A program made the translations under genes and the position numbers. Below, in pieces: positions 36,880 to 50,471 of a stretch of DNA of 64,000 nt (position 1 is its first letter; each line of letters begins with the position of its first letter). Location: contig CM069132.1 in assembly GCA_035221665.1 (NCBI GenBank), forward strand, positions 72,106,001 through 72,170,000, written 5' to 3'. The DNA comes from Okamejei kenojei (lineage: Eukaryota). Under the pieces are notes generated by a model that was given only the letters and a program-made list of their open reading frames with translations, did not search any database and was not told where the DNA came from.

Positions 36880-38230
36880 CATGAAGTGTTCCAAGAGCAA
36901 TGTCAAAGTGCACATTGACTCCAGCCTCCCAGATCCACTGCAATTTGTCTACTGATGCAACAGGCTTCACAGCAGACACAATCTTCCTGGCTTTACATTC
37001 ATCCTTGGAACATCGTGATAACAAGGATACCTACACCAGAATACCCCCTATTCATTGATTATGGTTCTGCCTTTAGCATAATAACTCCAAGCAAACTCAT
37101 CTCTAACTCATGGACCTAGGACCTAACAATTGGATCCTTGACTCTCTCATCCTTAGACCTCAATCAGTAAGGAAAGGTGACAAAACATCTTCCACAATAG
37201 TTTCTAACAGTGGTGCGCACAAGGCTGTGTTCTCAACCCCTTACTATACTCCCTATACACTTCCAACAGTGTGGCCAAATTCTGCACTAACTCCATTTAT
37301 AAGTTCAAAATATTTGTAGGTTAGTAGGTTTGTAGGCTTCTGTAAATTATCCCTAGTGTGTAGGATAGAACTAGCATACAGGTGATCGTTGGTCAGCGCA
37401 GACTCAATTTCACACTAAATTTCTAAACTAAACTAAACCAAATAAAGTTTGCAGATGACTCCACTGTGGTGGACTGGATATCAAATCAAATGCGGAAACG
37501 TGATATAGGATATAGATCTGAGCTGGTCATTGACTTCAGGAAGTAGAATGGTGCACATCCCACCTTGCACCAATGGTGCTGAAGTAGAGATGATTGAGAG
37601 CTTTAAGTTCAAATGTAAATATCACCAATTTAACCTGGTCCAACCACAGTGACACCATTGGTAAGAAAGCATATCAATATTTACTTCCTCAAAAGACTAA
37701 AGAAATTCAGCACATTTCAAATACTTGCCAATTTCTACAGATACACCATGGAAAGCATCCTATTGGGATGGATCACAGCTTGGTATGGCAACTGCTCTGC
37801 CCAAGACTACAGAGAGTTGTGAACACATTCCAGTGCATCATACAAACCAGCCTACCCCCCATTGTCTCCATCCACACTTCGAGTTGCTTCTGGAAAGCAG
37901 CCAACGTGATTAAGGTCCACGCATACCCAAACATTTATTTTTCTCCCTCTCTTGTCAGGCAGAAGATACTAAAGCTTGAAAGCACACTCGCCAGGTTCAA
38001 GAAGAGTTTTATCTTGAACAATTTTCACATGTATTTCTGACCTCCCAATCTCGGCCCTCGCACTTTTAAAAAATCTGCACTTTCTCTGTAGCTGTAACAC
38101 TATATTCCGCACTCAGTTTCCTTTCTGTCTTTTGCACCATTTACTCACGTATGGTATGATTTGCCAGGATAGCACGGAAAATAAAGTATTTCACTGTCTC
38201 TCAGTACACATGGCAATAATAAACCAATGC
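36880..38230 (+). mobile_element. Decayed Rex1/Babar-like element with a nested SINE tail (~37315-37440)
   Basis: NWILDSLILRPQSVRKGD and aagtttgcagatgactccactgtggtgga (KFADDSTVV); 3' caataataaac end. Confidence 0.65.
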
Positions 38231-38439
38231 TAACCATTTATTTCGCCTTATCAAATTCTTGATATCACTTGACATCTAGATTGTCTGGACTTACCATCCT
38301 AACCTTTGACTCTGACCTTCCACAATTTCACTATTTCAAGAGTCGCCCACTTTTTGAATACAGGCAAGCTTGCTTGTAGTTGCTTCTGGTCTACATTACC
38401 AGGTCCTGTCTCCTGACATTGAAATCTCTCATTCCAGGC

Positions 38440-39045
38440 AGATTCCGTAAATGTGGGAAAGTGCAAAATCACACACTTCCATAAGAGGAATCAAAAGGCA
38501 GATTGAGGAGAGAAGGCCAATACATGTGAAGTAGTACAGAGGGATGCAAGTGTTTTTGTACATGAACTACATAGTGTTAGCAGGCCGATGCAGCAAGTGG
38601 TTAAGAGAGTAAATGGCATATTAGCACTTGTTGCAAAGAGGTTGGAGTTTATAAAAGGGAAGTTTTGTTACAATTCCACTGGATATTGTTGATGTCACAC
38701 TGAGAGTACTGTGCATAGATTTGGACCCATTTCAAAGAAAGAGAAAAAATAGCTTTGGAGACAGTGTAAAGGAGATTCACTAGACTAATTCCTGGGATGC
38801 TGAAGAGATTAGGTCTATATTCTTTGTATTTTAGAAGAATGAATTCATCCTAACAGACATGACAGGGTGGTAATTGAAATGATTTCACTCGTGGAAGAGT
38901 CTTACAGGAAGGGATATATGTTTAAGATAAGGAATTGGTTATTTAAAACTTTAAGATTAACCCAAGAAATTTATTTTTGCAGAGGGTAATGCATCTCTGG
39001 AATTCACTAGTCCTGAGAGTTAAGGAGGCTTTAAAATGTAAAGAA
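38440..39045 (+). mobile_element. Old CR1 RT-to-3' fragment
   Basis: Degenerate [11 protein letters not shown] / RRFTRLIPG coding sequence. Confidence 0.65.
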
Positions 39046-39052
39046 GATTGGA

Positions 39053-39842
39053 CGACACGGTGACACAGCGGTAGCTGCTGTGTTATTACGCTAGAGACCT
39101 AGGTTCGATCCTGACTAGGGGTGCTGTCAGAACGGAGTTTGTGTGTTCTCTCCCTAAATGTGCCTAATCTGAGGAAAGACATTCTTGCCATAGAGGGAGT
39201 ACAGAGAAGGTTCACCAGACTGATTCCTGGGATGGCACGACTTCCATATGAAGAAAGACTGGATAGACTCGGCTTGTACTCGCTGGAATTTAGAAGATTG
39301 AGGGGTGATCTCATAGAGACTTACAACATTCTTAAGGGGTTGGACAGGCTAGATGCAGGAAGATTGTTCCCGATGTTGGGGAAGTCCAGGACAAGAGGTC
39401 ACAGTTTAAGGATAAGGGGGAAGTCTTTTAGGACCGAGATGAGAAAATCGTTTTTCACACAGAGAGTAGTGAATCTGTGGAATTCTCTACCACAGAAGGT
39501 AGTTGAGGCCAGTTCATTGGCCATATTTAAGAGGGAGTTGGATGTGGCCCTTGTGGCTGAAGGGATCAGGGGGTATGGAGAGAAGGCAGGTACAGGATAC
39601 TGAGTTGGATGATCAGCCATGATCATATTGAATGGCGGTGCAGGCTCAAAGGGCCGAATGGCCTGCTCCTGCACCTAATTTCTATGTTGCTATGTTTCTA
39701 TGTGCCTTGTAGGTTAATTGTAAATTGTCCCTTTTGTATAGTGTGTGCCAGTGTAACGGCGATCACTGCTTAGTGCAGACTCGGTGGGCGAAAGGTCTGT
39801 TTCCTTGCTGTCTCTCTAAACTAAACTAAAATAAAACTAAAC
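39053..39842 (+). mobile_element. V-SINE-like element split by a young CR1 3' end (39165-39700)
   Basis: SINE head with B-box GGTTCGATCC at ~39102, CR1 ORF 39121..39603, and SINE tail (ctaaa)n at ~39816-39842. ATGTGCCT occurs on both sides of the CR1 piece. Confidence 0.85.
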
Positions 39843-41297
39843 ATTGAGGATTAGGGTCCATGATGTAGCCTGGTGGAGTTGAGGCCCGAGTAGATATATC
39901 AAGATTTTGTGGAGGATGGAACTGCAGATGCTGGTATAAACCATGGACACAAAAAGCTGGAGTAACTCAGCGGGCCAGACAGCATCTCTTGATCTCTCTA
40001 CATCACCATTTCCCTTTCCCTTGACTCTCAGTTTAAAGTAGGGTCTTGTCCCGAAACGTCACCTCTTCCTTTTCTCCAGAGATGTTGTCCGACCCGCTGA
40101 GTTACTCCAGCTTTTGTGTCTATCTTATGTCATGAATTTATTCTGTGGTGCGGCATGTGACCTATTCCTGCTCCTTGTTTTTTGTAATCTTGTGAGAACA
40201 AAGAGGATCGATGGAAACAAGGGAGAGAGTTGTGGAATTGTCATAGGGGTGACGAGGGTACAGAGGAGAAGGGGTAAGGAGAGAGAGAGTGTGTATGAAG
40301 GAACTGCAGATGCTGGTTTAAACCAAAGATAGGCACAAAAAGCAAGAGTAACTCAGCATCTCTGGAGGGAAGGAATGGGTTACATTTTGGTTCGAGACCC
40401 CTCTGACCCTGAGAGAGAGAGAGAGTGCAGTATGGCTGAGCAGAAAGAGGGGTGGATATCAGGGTGTGGGGGTTGGGATGGTAAGAAAGTAAGTAAAATG
40501 CAGGATTGATAAACAATTCCTCTGCATTTGTAAGCAAATTGTATGAATAGTCCAGGAAATATATCAGAAATGAATAAAAAGGAAATTAGTTTTGTAGACA
40601 ACAACTGATATATGAAGAGTGTGGTGGGTATGAGCTTTCCTGAGTCAGTCAATTATTTACTATTTTATGATCAGTTGCCCTACCCAGTCTTGACCATATA
40701 AAGATGAAATGATTAAAAAAATTGCATTAACAGCAGAGGCCCTAAGTCAAGAGAAGAATAAAGACAAGAATAAAGCTCTTTAAACTAGTCTAACGCAATG
40801 TAATAAATGCTTTGAAGAGTGTTCAGTAGTTTGCAAACAATCTTGACTGTGAAATTTGCGGACGTTTGCCATCCATTCCTCACTTATTTGCTGGAATTAC
40901 AAACTCAGTCAGCAGGAAGATTAAATTCCACTGTAGAAATTAGCAGTGAGAGATTATAATTTGACAAACTGCCAGAGGAATGTTATATCCAAGTGTTGTA
41001 ACAGAGAGGCAGTACTTTTCCATGCTGAAACTGATTAATAAAACATCAGTGACAGGCCAGGGAAATATGAGGAACACCTTTATGTAATTGGTGGGGTGGG
41101 AAGAGGGTTACCTGATGATCAAGTGTAACCCTCATATGAAGGTTTGTCAGGGTAGTGGAGTTTAATGACCAGTTTTGCACATGAACTTTGATCTGGCAGA
41201 TTGCTGAGTCTGATGTGAATTTAAACAAGGAATAGGGGTATTAAAAAGTTCCTTAAGGGAAAAATAGGCAATCTGATTGTAGCAGTATTATAAGTAT

Positions 41298-43773
41298 ATA
41301 GAAACATAGAAACTAGGTGCAGGAGTAGGCCATTCGGCCCTTCGAGGCTGCGCTGCCATTCAATATGATCATGGCTGATCATCCAACTCAGTATCCTGTA
41401 CCTGCCTTCTCTCCATACCCCCTAATCCCTCTAGACACAAGTGCCACATCTAACTCCCTCTTAAATATAGCCAATGAACTGGCCTCAACTACCTTCTGTG
41501 GCAGAGAATTCCAGAGACTCACCACTCTCTGTGTGAAAAATGTTTTTCTCATCTCAGTCCTAAAATATTTCCCCCTTATCCTTAATCTGTGACCCCATGT
41601 TCTGGACTTCCCCAACATCAGGAACAATCTTCCTGCATCTAGCCTGACCAACCCCTTAAGAATTTTGTAAGTTTCTATAAGATCCCCCCTCAATCTTCTA
41701 AATTCTAGCGAGTACAATCCGAGTCTATCCAGTCTTTCTTCATATGAAAGTCCTGACATCCCAGGATTCAGTCTGGTGAACCTTCTCTGTACCCCCTCTA
41801 TGGCAAGAATGCCTTTCCTCAGATTAGAAGACCAAAACTGTATGCAATACTCCAGGTGTGGCCTCACCAAGACCCTGTACAACTGCAGTAGAAGCTCCCT
41901 GCTCTTGTACTCAAATCCTTTTGCTATGAATGCCAACGTACCATTCGCTTTCTTCACTGCCTGCTGCATCTGCATGCCTACTTTCAATGACTGGTGTACC
42001 ATGACACCCAGGTCTCGTTGCATCTCCCCTTTTCCTAATCAGCCACCATCCTTCTTTTCTTATCCTTCATATCTTTCTGCTAATCAAATAATAGTGGCAG
42101 AATATGTGGAATGCATATCCTGAACCACTGTTTGTCATCTATATCAATAATTTGGATGAGAACATACATGGCATGATTAGCAAGTTTATAGATGTTACAG
42201 AAGTGGGTGGGAGAATGGTCTGTATGATGTGGTTATAACCACACGGCAATTTATTGCTGATTTTGGCAGAGCTGTTGCCAAACCAAGCTGTGATGCATTG
42301 CGATAGGATACATTTGGTAGAAAGAGGTAGGAGTCATCGGAGATATGCCAAAACATAGAAACATAGAAACATAGAAAATAGGTGCAGGAGTAGGCCATTC
42401 GGCCCTTCGAGCCTGCACCGTCATTCAATATGATCATGGCTGATCATCCAACTCCGTATCCTGTACCTGCCTTCTCTTCATACCCCCTGATCCCTTTAGC
42501 CACTAGGGCCACATCTAACTCCCTCTTAAATATTGCCAATGAACTGGCCTCAACTACCTTCTGTGGCAGAGAATTCCACAGATTCACCACTCTCTGTGTG
42601 AAAATTGATTTTATCATCTCGCTCCTAAAAGACTTCCCCCTTATCCTTAAAGTGTGACCCCTTGTTCTGGAGTTCCCCAACATCGGGAACAATCTTCCTG
42701 CATCTAGGAATGCAACCCCTTAAGAATTTTGTAAGTCTCTATAAGATCACCCCTCAATATTCTAAATTCCAGCGAGTACAAGCCGAGTCTATCCAGTCTT
42801 TCTTCATATGGAAGTCCTGCCATCCCAGGAATCAGTCTGGTGAACCTTCTCTGTACTCCCTCTATGGCAAGAATGTCTTTCCTCAGATTAGGAGACCAAA
42901 ACTGTACGCAATACTCCAGGTGTGGCCTCACCAAGACCCTGCAGTAGAACCTCCCTACTCCCAAGTACAACTGCAGTAGAACCTCCCTGCTATTGTACTC
43001 AAATCCTTTTGGTATGAATGCCAACGTACCATTCGCTTTCTTCACAGCCTGCTGCACTTGCATACCTACTTTCAATGACTGGTGTACCATGACACCCAGG
43101 TCTCGCTGCATCTCCCCTTTTCCTAATCGGCCACCATTCAGATAATAGTCTACCCTCCTATTTTTGCCACCAAAGTGGATAACCTCACATTTATCCACAT
43201 TATACTGCATCTGTCATGCATTTGCCCACTCACCCAACCTATCCATGTCACCTTGCAGCCTCCTAGCATCCTCCTCACAGCTAACACTGCCCCCCAGCTT
43301 CGTGTCATCCACAAACTTGGAGATGTTGCATTCAATTCCCTCATCCAGATCATTAATATATATTATAAATAGCTGGGGTCCCAGCACTGAGCCTTGCGGT
43401 ACCCCACTAGTCACTGCCTGCCATTCTGAAAATGACCCGTTAACTCCTACTCTTTGCTTCCTGTCTGCCAGCCAGTTTTTTATCCACATCAATACTGAAC
43501 CCCCAATACCGTGTGCTTTACGTTGTATACTAATCTCTTATGTGGGACCTTGTCGAAAGCCTTCTGAAAGTCCAGATATAACACATCCACAGGTTCTCCC
43601 TTATCCACTCTACTAGTTACATCCTCAAAAAATTCTATAAGATTCGTCAGACATGATTTACCTTTCATAAATCCATGCTGACTTTTCCAATGATTTCACC
43701 ACTTTCCAAATGTGCTGCTATCCCATCTTTAATAACTGACTCTAGCATTTTCCCCACTACCGATGTTAGACTA
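41298..43773 (-). mobile_element. Two tandem 5'-truncated CR1 copies (41298-42050 and 42353-43773)
   Basis: ORFs 41388..42023, 42704..43210 and 43214..43492 with RT motifs; (ctatgttt)n tails. Confidence 0.92.
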
Positions 43774-43857
43774 AAGTAAAACTTCTTAGTCTTCTGAAGA
43801 GGTGTGCTTTCTTAGACATAGCAGTGTCAGTAATCAGAAAAAGCCTCATGTACTCAC

Positions 43858-44017
43858 TTTCTTATTCCATGGATGTAGCAGATTCCAATAATTTCCATCA
43901 GAACTATAAGTAAAAGTGCCAGGGTTGCTGCATAGTCATTGAATATAACGAACCAGTAGTTGCCTGCTTCAGTGGTGAAAACAATTCCTATAACACAAGC
44001 TATAAGACACACAATAC
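43858..44017 (-). CDS. SLC6A20: SLC6A20 exon (IVCLIACVIGIVFTTEAGNYWFVIFNDYAATLALLLIVLMEIIGICYIHGIR K-)
   Basis: AGNYWF.IFNDYAATL motif; acceptor ttctag and donor gtgagt; 160 nt. Confidence 0.93.
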
Positions 44018-44292
44018 CTAGAAAAGAAAGGAAAGACAGGAGTGTGTGCATGATAATTCAAACTGTAACATAAAACATATTCAACCCAGCTTTATTTGCC
44101 AGAGCCCTTGTTAAAATCTACTTTAATCTCCAATTTCAGTAATTGTGAAACTATTTTTAATACGCTTCTACTTCCTGAGAATATTATGGATACTTGGTAT
44201 GTCAGAGAGGACTCTCTTGAATTTCTACAGGTATACAGCAGAGAGCATCTCTGGAGAAAAGGAATAGGTGATGTTTCAGGTCGAGACCCGTA

Positions 44293-45632
44293 TCAATAGA
44301 CAATAGACAATAGGTGCAGGAGTAGGCCATTCGGCCCTTAGAGCCAGCACCGCCATTCAATGTGATCATGGCTGATCATCCCCAATCAGTACCCCGTGCC
44401 TGCCTTCTCCCCATATCCCCATGACTCCACTATCTTTAAGAGCCTTATCTAGCTCTCTCTTGAAAGTATCCAGAGAACCGGCCTCCACTGCCCTCTGAGA
44501 CAGATAATTCCACAGACTCACAACTCTCTGTGTGAAAAAGTGTTCCCTCATCTCCGTTCTAAATGACTTGCCCCTTATTCTTAAACTGTGGCCCCTGATT
44601 CTGGATTCCCCCAGACATGTTTGCTGCCTCTAGCATGTCCAAACCCTTAATAATCTTATAAGTTTCAATAAAATCCTCTCATCCTTCTGAATTCCAGAGT
44701 GTACAAGCCCAGCCGCTCCATTCTTTCAGCATATGACAGTCCCTCCATCCCGGGAATTAACCTTGTAAACCTACGCTGCACTCCCTCAATAGCAAGAATG
44801 TCTTTCTTCAAATTAGGGGACCAAAACTGCACAAAATACTCCAGGTGTGCTCTCAGTCGGGCCCTATACAACTTCAGAAGAACCTCTTTGCTCCTATACT
44901 GCAGTCCTCTTGTTATGAAGGCCAACATGCCATTCGCTTTCTGCACTACCTGCTGTACCTGCATGCTTACTTTCATTGACTGATGAACAAGGACCCCCCA
45001 GATCCCGTGTCGACCTGAAACATCACCTATTACTTTTCTCCAGAGATGCTGTCTAACCCACTGGGTTACTCCAACATTTTGTGTCTATCTTCGGTTTAAA
45101 CCAGTATAGACACATAGAAACATAGAAATTAGCAGGAGCAGGCCATTCGGCCCTTTGAGCCTGCACCGTCATTCAATATGATCATGGCTGATCATCCAAC
45201 TCAGTATCCTGTACCTGCCTTCTCTCCATACCCCCTGATCCCTTCAGCCACAAGGGCCACATCCAACTCCCTCTTAAATATGGCCAACGAACTGGCCTCA
45301 ACTACCTTCTGTGGCAGAGAATTCCACAGATTCACCACTCTCTGTGTGAAAAACGATTTTCTCATCTCGGTCCTAAAAGACTTCCCCCTTATCCTTAAAC
45401 TGTGACCCCTTGTCCTGGACTTCCCCAACATCGGGAACAATCTTCCTGCATCTAGCCTGTCCAACCCCTTAAGAATTTTGTAAGATCACCCCTCAATCTT
45501 CTAAATTCCAGCGAGTACAAGCCAAGTCTATCCAGTCTTTCTTCATATGGAAGTCGTGCCATCCCAGGAATCAGTCTGGTGAACCTTCTCTGTACTCCCT
45601 CTATGGCAAGAATGTCATTCCTCAGATTAGGA
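44293..45632 (-). mobile_element. Two CR1 3' fragments (44293-45008, 45107-45632) nested in a Penelope-like/hammerhead inverted pair
   Basis: ORFs 44665..44976 and 45201..45464; (ctattgt)n and (ctatgttt)n tails; flanking inverted arms at ~44243-44283 and ~45009-45050. Confidence 0.85.
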
Positions 45633-46697
45633 AACCATCTGCAGTTCTGCAGTTCCTTCTAACACATACAGTAGAGAGCATATTGACTGGTTGCATCACA
45701 GCCTGGTTCAGCAACTTGAATGCCCAGGAGCGGAGAACTGCAAAAAGTGGTGAACACTGCCCAGTCCATCACGGGTTCTGATCTCCCCACTATCAAAGGG
45801 ATATACAGGAGTTGCTGCCTCAAATAGGGAGCCGGCATCATCAAGATCTTGTAGTAGATTATTTTCTTAATGTTTCACTAAATTTGTTTCAATTCAACAT
45901 GGTTTTGCGAAGGTTAACTATATGCCCTACAATTTGGAGCAACTTTCTTCTTTAACATTCTGATTTATGTAAACCCATTGTACAAATAAATGTCTATAAC
46001 TCATTAAATCACAGTCACAAGCCCCTAAGCACTGAACAATTAGGCTAATACTCCACTGTAGTACCGAGGGAGTGCTTCACTGTTGGAAATTAGATATAAA
46101 CAAAGCCCCTCCGCTCTTTTGTAAAAGATCCTAGCATTGTAAAACAAAATTGCAGGGAAGCTACGCCTTGGGTTTCTGAGCAATATTCATCCCTTAAACA
46201 AAAGCATGAAAATTGACCATTTGAGAGTATAACATTGTTATTTGCAGGAACTTGCCTTGAATAATTTGGCTGCTGTATTTATACATTGAGAAATATTTCA
46301 GTGGCTGCGAAGTGCAATGGAACATTTGGAAAGGATTGTGAAAAAACCTTCTATAAGTGCAAGCCTATCTTTCTTTCCAGACCTCAGAGCTGGTAAAGTT
46401 GATGCAAATGTTCTGTGCAATGGGATCAATATCCTGATGCTGAAATATTTTTTAATTTAGACGGTTGTGAATAGTTACCTCTGAGGAATGTAAATGCTTA
46501 GATTAATGGCAGTTTAATTGACTTTTGGATACTAAGGGAATCAGAAGATATAAAACATTTGTCATGAAAGAAGATTGAGATGGAGGATATTGATCATATT
46601 GAACAGCAGAGCAGGCTCAATGTGCCAAATGCCAATTCCTGCTTCTATTCATTATGTTTCTATGAAAATAAAAGAGTGCATCCAAATCAAGACTTAC

Positions 46698-46905
46698 CTA
46701 TCATGATCTCCCTTGGAAGGTACTTTGAAATGATCTTTATGTCACTAAGTGGAGTGATGACCCCAGCCATGTTTCCCAGCATGCTGCCAATTCCCAACAT
46801 CAAGACCATCATAAAATACAATATAGACCAGATCTGCGATGGTCCCGGCATGTGCACAATGGCTTCAGTGAAGACTATGAACGAAAGGCCAGTGCCTTCA
46901 GCAGC
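46698..46905 (-). CDS. SLC6A20: SLC6A20 exon (AAEGTGLSFIVFTEAIVHMPGPSQIWSILYFMMVLMLGIGSMLGNMAGVITPLSDIKIISKYLPREIMI G-)
   Basis: Antisense of ORF 46580..46909. GTGL.FIVFTEAI motif and TM8 LGIGSMLGN; acceptor actag and donor gtaagt; 208 nt. Confidence 0.93.
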
Positions 46906-49900
46906 CTAGTAAAATAAATGGTGCAATTCCATTAGAATACAGAACATGAAAGAATCAAGGAATCATAGAATTATACAGGAAGGGAATATTCTTAGTGCCA
47001 TTTGCAAACATGTATAGACATAGGAGGAGAGAACAAATAAATGCGTGGCTGGAGGGATGATGCAGATGGGAGGGTGCTAGACGTCTGAGACTGTTTCTGG
47101 GACAGGGGAAATGTGCACAAATTGGATGAGTTACACCTCAGCAGGATCATGACCAATATCCTCATGTTGGGAGGTTGCTAGTGCTCTTGGGGAGGCTTTG
47201 CAGGAGTAATGGAACCTCAATGGGAAATCAGGAAGGAAAAAAAAAAACAGGAAATAGATGTTACAAGAGTCGTAAACTAGATTTGTCAGTTGCAACAAGT
47301 GTTAATATAAAAATGGGGTCAAAGTATGGAAACATGTTAAAATAGCATAATTAAAAGTGCACTTTCTAAATTTGCAATAAGGTAACTGTAACTGAATTAA
47401 TGGCACAAATGGAAGTAAATGGGTATGATTTATTCCCTTTACAGAAATAAAGTTGTAGTTGATCAAAGAAAGGAACTGAATATTTCATGGATATTTGATA
47501 TTTAGGAAGGATAGACAAAAAGGAAAATGCGGTGGGGGTAACCATTAATAAGCGATGAAGAAAAAACAGTGGTGAGAAATGGACTTAGGTCGCAAATCGT
47601 GATATAGTATTTCAATCCACTTGGGTCGTACCATCTACTGTTTAAGTCCTGCCCTGGTTTGACCAACTAAAGAGCAACACGTCAAACTTGCTATTTCTTG
47701 ACTCACATTTTCAATTAACTTTGTTGTAAATTTAAATATCCTTCCTCACTGCCGACTATACCAATTTTGCCATAATCTGTAAATTTACTAATGTTAACTA
47801 CATTGTAATCCATATTGTATGCAACAAACAACAGTGGAATCAGCATTGACCCATGCGGCACTCGACTGGTCACAGGCTTCCACTCAGAAAAAACATTCTT
47901 CCCTAACTACTCTTTGACTTCTTTCTCTGCCAATTTTGAATCCAATTGGCTAGCACACTTTGTATTTCATGCAATCTCATTTTCCAAACTATCCTACCAC
48001 ATGGGATCTTGTCAAAGACTTTGCAAAAAACCATATAGCCTTGTCCTCATCAGTCCTTCACAAATTTGGCCGTCCTCAATGACCTTTCAACACCTATGGT
48101 AAGATGACATGATCTTAAACAATACACCCACCACAGATTCAATCCCTGTACTCATGAGATCCGAGCATAGATGTATCGATGCTTTTCTCAATCTTCCCCT
48201 GTGCACCAACAAGATTTTTGCTGTGATGGAATTAATCTATGCTGTTTGACCTTAAATAAAAACAGAAAATGCTGAAAACATTTAGTGGGACGGGCAACAA
48301 ATGTGGATGGAGAAATAGTAAGGATTTTCTCTTTTTATTTCAGATTTCCAGCATCTATATATTTTTATTTAATATTCAACTTTCATTGCATTCATTTCAA
48401 AATAAAGATGATCCCAACCTAAATAATTGAGTTATGGTATGTATATGATGTCTGTGAATGTGCACATTGGAGGCCAAACTTCAAGAAGCTGTTAACTCCT
48501 TCACTAAAACATACAAGATAATTGGCCTTGCACTTAAAACCTGGAAAACAAAGATCCTCTATTAACTGCCTAATTACAAGGCAGTAAAAAACATGGGACC
48601 ATTCCAATTGCCAGGGCCGCCTCTCACAGAAGGCAGACATTGATGAGAAAACATTGCTGCCGCCTCCAGTCTACTGCCATAGTCTTCAACTGGCAGTGGA
48701 AAAGTGATCAAAGACCAAATCCTTCAACACAGTATCAAGATCATGGTCGACCACAGCAGTGAGCACCACCCTTCTGCATAGTTTGCCAACTCAAAAAACT
48801 AACAGAAGGCACCTCAAAACACTGGACTGGTACCAACCATGTTGACTCCCCAGAATCCACAAAATCTGATGGCAGAATGGGTAAACTAATATCATCATTC
48901 CCTCCAGGGTCCACATTCCCAGTGTTGAGGATCTAATCATGCTCCACAAGCTCACGGACACCAGACTTATGAAACAGGCTATCTAGCTCCGAATTCTGTC
49001 ATGGCATTCGACTTTCAGGTGAATAGGGAAAATACTTCAATGATTTTCTTAAAATCTCTTTGAAAATAATAAATATCCTCACTGATGAAAATCCTTGGAT
49101 GCTTGAATGTAAAAAAACAAATCTAGGAAGGCATCTAGCACATGGAATCTAACATATAAAATCATGATGGGCGTAGGTAAGATGGATGGACAATCGTTTT
49201 TCCTTTCATTTGCAGGAGAGTTGCAAATGGAATTGAACAACCCTCATCTGACCTAATGATGTTAGGTTGATGTTAGGTCAGGTTGTGGATGGATTGCATC
49301 GAGACTGTCTTGCAGCTCTATATTGGGGTAGGGTCAGAAGCCTCCCAACAACCACACCTATCTTCCTTTTTACAGAGTACAACCAACTATGGGAATGTCT
49401 TTGCACTACTGATCATTGACTTCAGTTTCACCAAAGCACCTTGATCCCAGACTCGTGTCAAGGGCTCTCACCTCGACTCTGGAATTCAGCTCTTTGGCCT
49501 CTGATTAAACAAATACTCAATTGTGAGTTCCAGAGCCAAGCAGTTCTCACTCACATTAACTGTTGTTGGAAAGGAACAATTGGATACCACTGAGATTATT
49601 GCATTTTTGTGGGTAGCTTTCCAAGATCAGCAGTGATCATTGCTGCTTCACTGTAATTCCTAGGTCAGGGGAGCTACATTTCAGAAGTGGTAAATATATA
49701 ACTGCCACTACTTTGCAAAACTAGCCTGGTGACCAAGTAGGAATTTCTAAAATTCAGTCTCCTGGTGTTAGGACCTGGCTTAAGAAAACATATTTAATAA
49801 CCAAAATTCCCACTCTATGAAGGCTGTACCGAACATGGTGTGCATGTTTATTTGGGAAGGCATGATCGGCTTTTAATGGTTCAATATAAATATTCCATTA

Positions 49901-50308
49901 AGCTGAGCACTCCACTTTGCAAAAGAAAAGCTTTGGATGTATAACACAGTCATCAAACATGTCTGCCTTCATTACTGATTTCTCCAGGAAGGAAATCATC
50001 ATCCTGCAATTAGAACACTATTTGGAGGTTCCAAATTTAGGCAATGCAAATGTTTTTTTTTAATCTGAAATTAGAATAACAGTGAAAAAATAACTTGGCA
50101 TAATTATGCAACAGCAATACACTGTAAATGCCAAGCCAGAGTTAATGGCTTTTAAAGGTGAGCATACTAAGGGCATCAAGGAACATAGAGTTAATGCAGC
50201 AAAATAACACTGAGATATAAAAAAGGCTATGATATTATTCAATGGTGAAGCCGGTGCAAAGGGCAGATAAGTCCACTCCTGTCCCTATTTCTTAGTTCTT
50301 GTCATTAC

Positions 50309-50471
50309 CGTATCCAAGTGAGATTGCAGATCGCAGATTTCAATCTGTGTGGAAATGGTGGCAAACTTGTCTGGGGCTGTTGAATTCAGGTATGTTTTCC
50401 ACATGTCAAGTGTATTGGGCGTTATTGCATCCTCCTTCAGGTCAAATGTATTTGTTAGAAGAAGAATCATC
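50309..50471 (-). CDS. SLC6A20: SLC6A20 exon (MILLLTNTFDLKEDAITPNTLDMWKTYLNSTAPDKFATISTQIEICDLQSHLDT)
   Basis: Acceptor cacag and donor gtaatg. 163 nt, phase-compatible; extracellular loop ending in CDL..LDT, typical of the SLC6A18/19/20 group. Confidence 0.9.

Noticed and set aside
46580-46909. 109-aa plus-strand ORF
   Set aside because: Antisense shadow of an SLC6A20 exon joined to CR1 3' debris.
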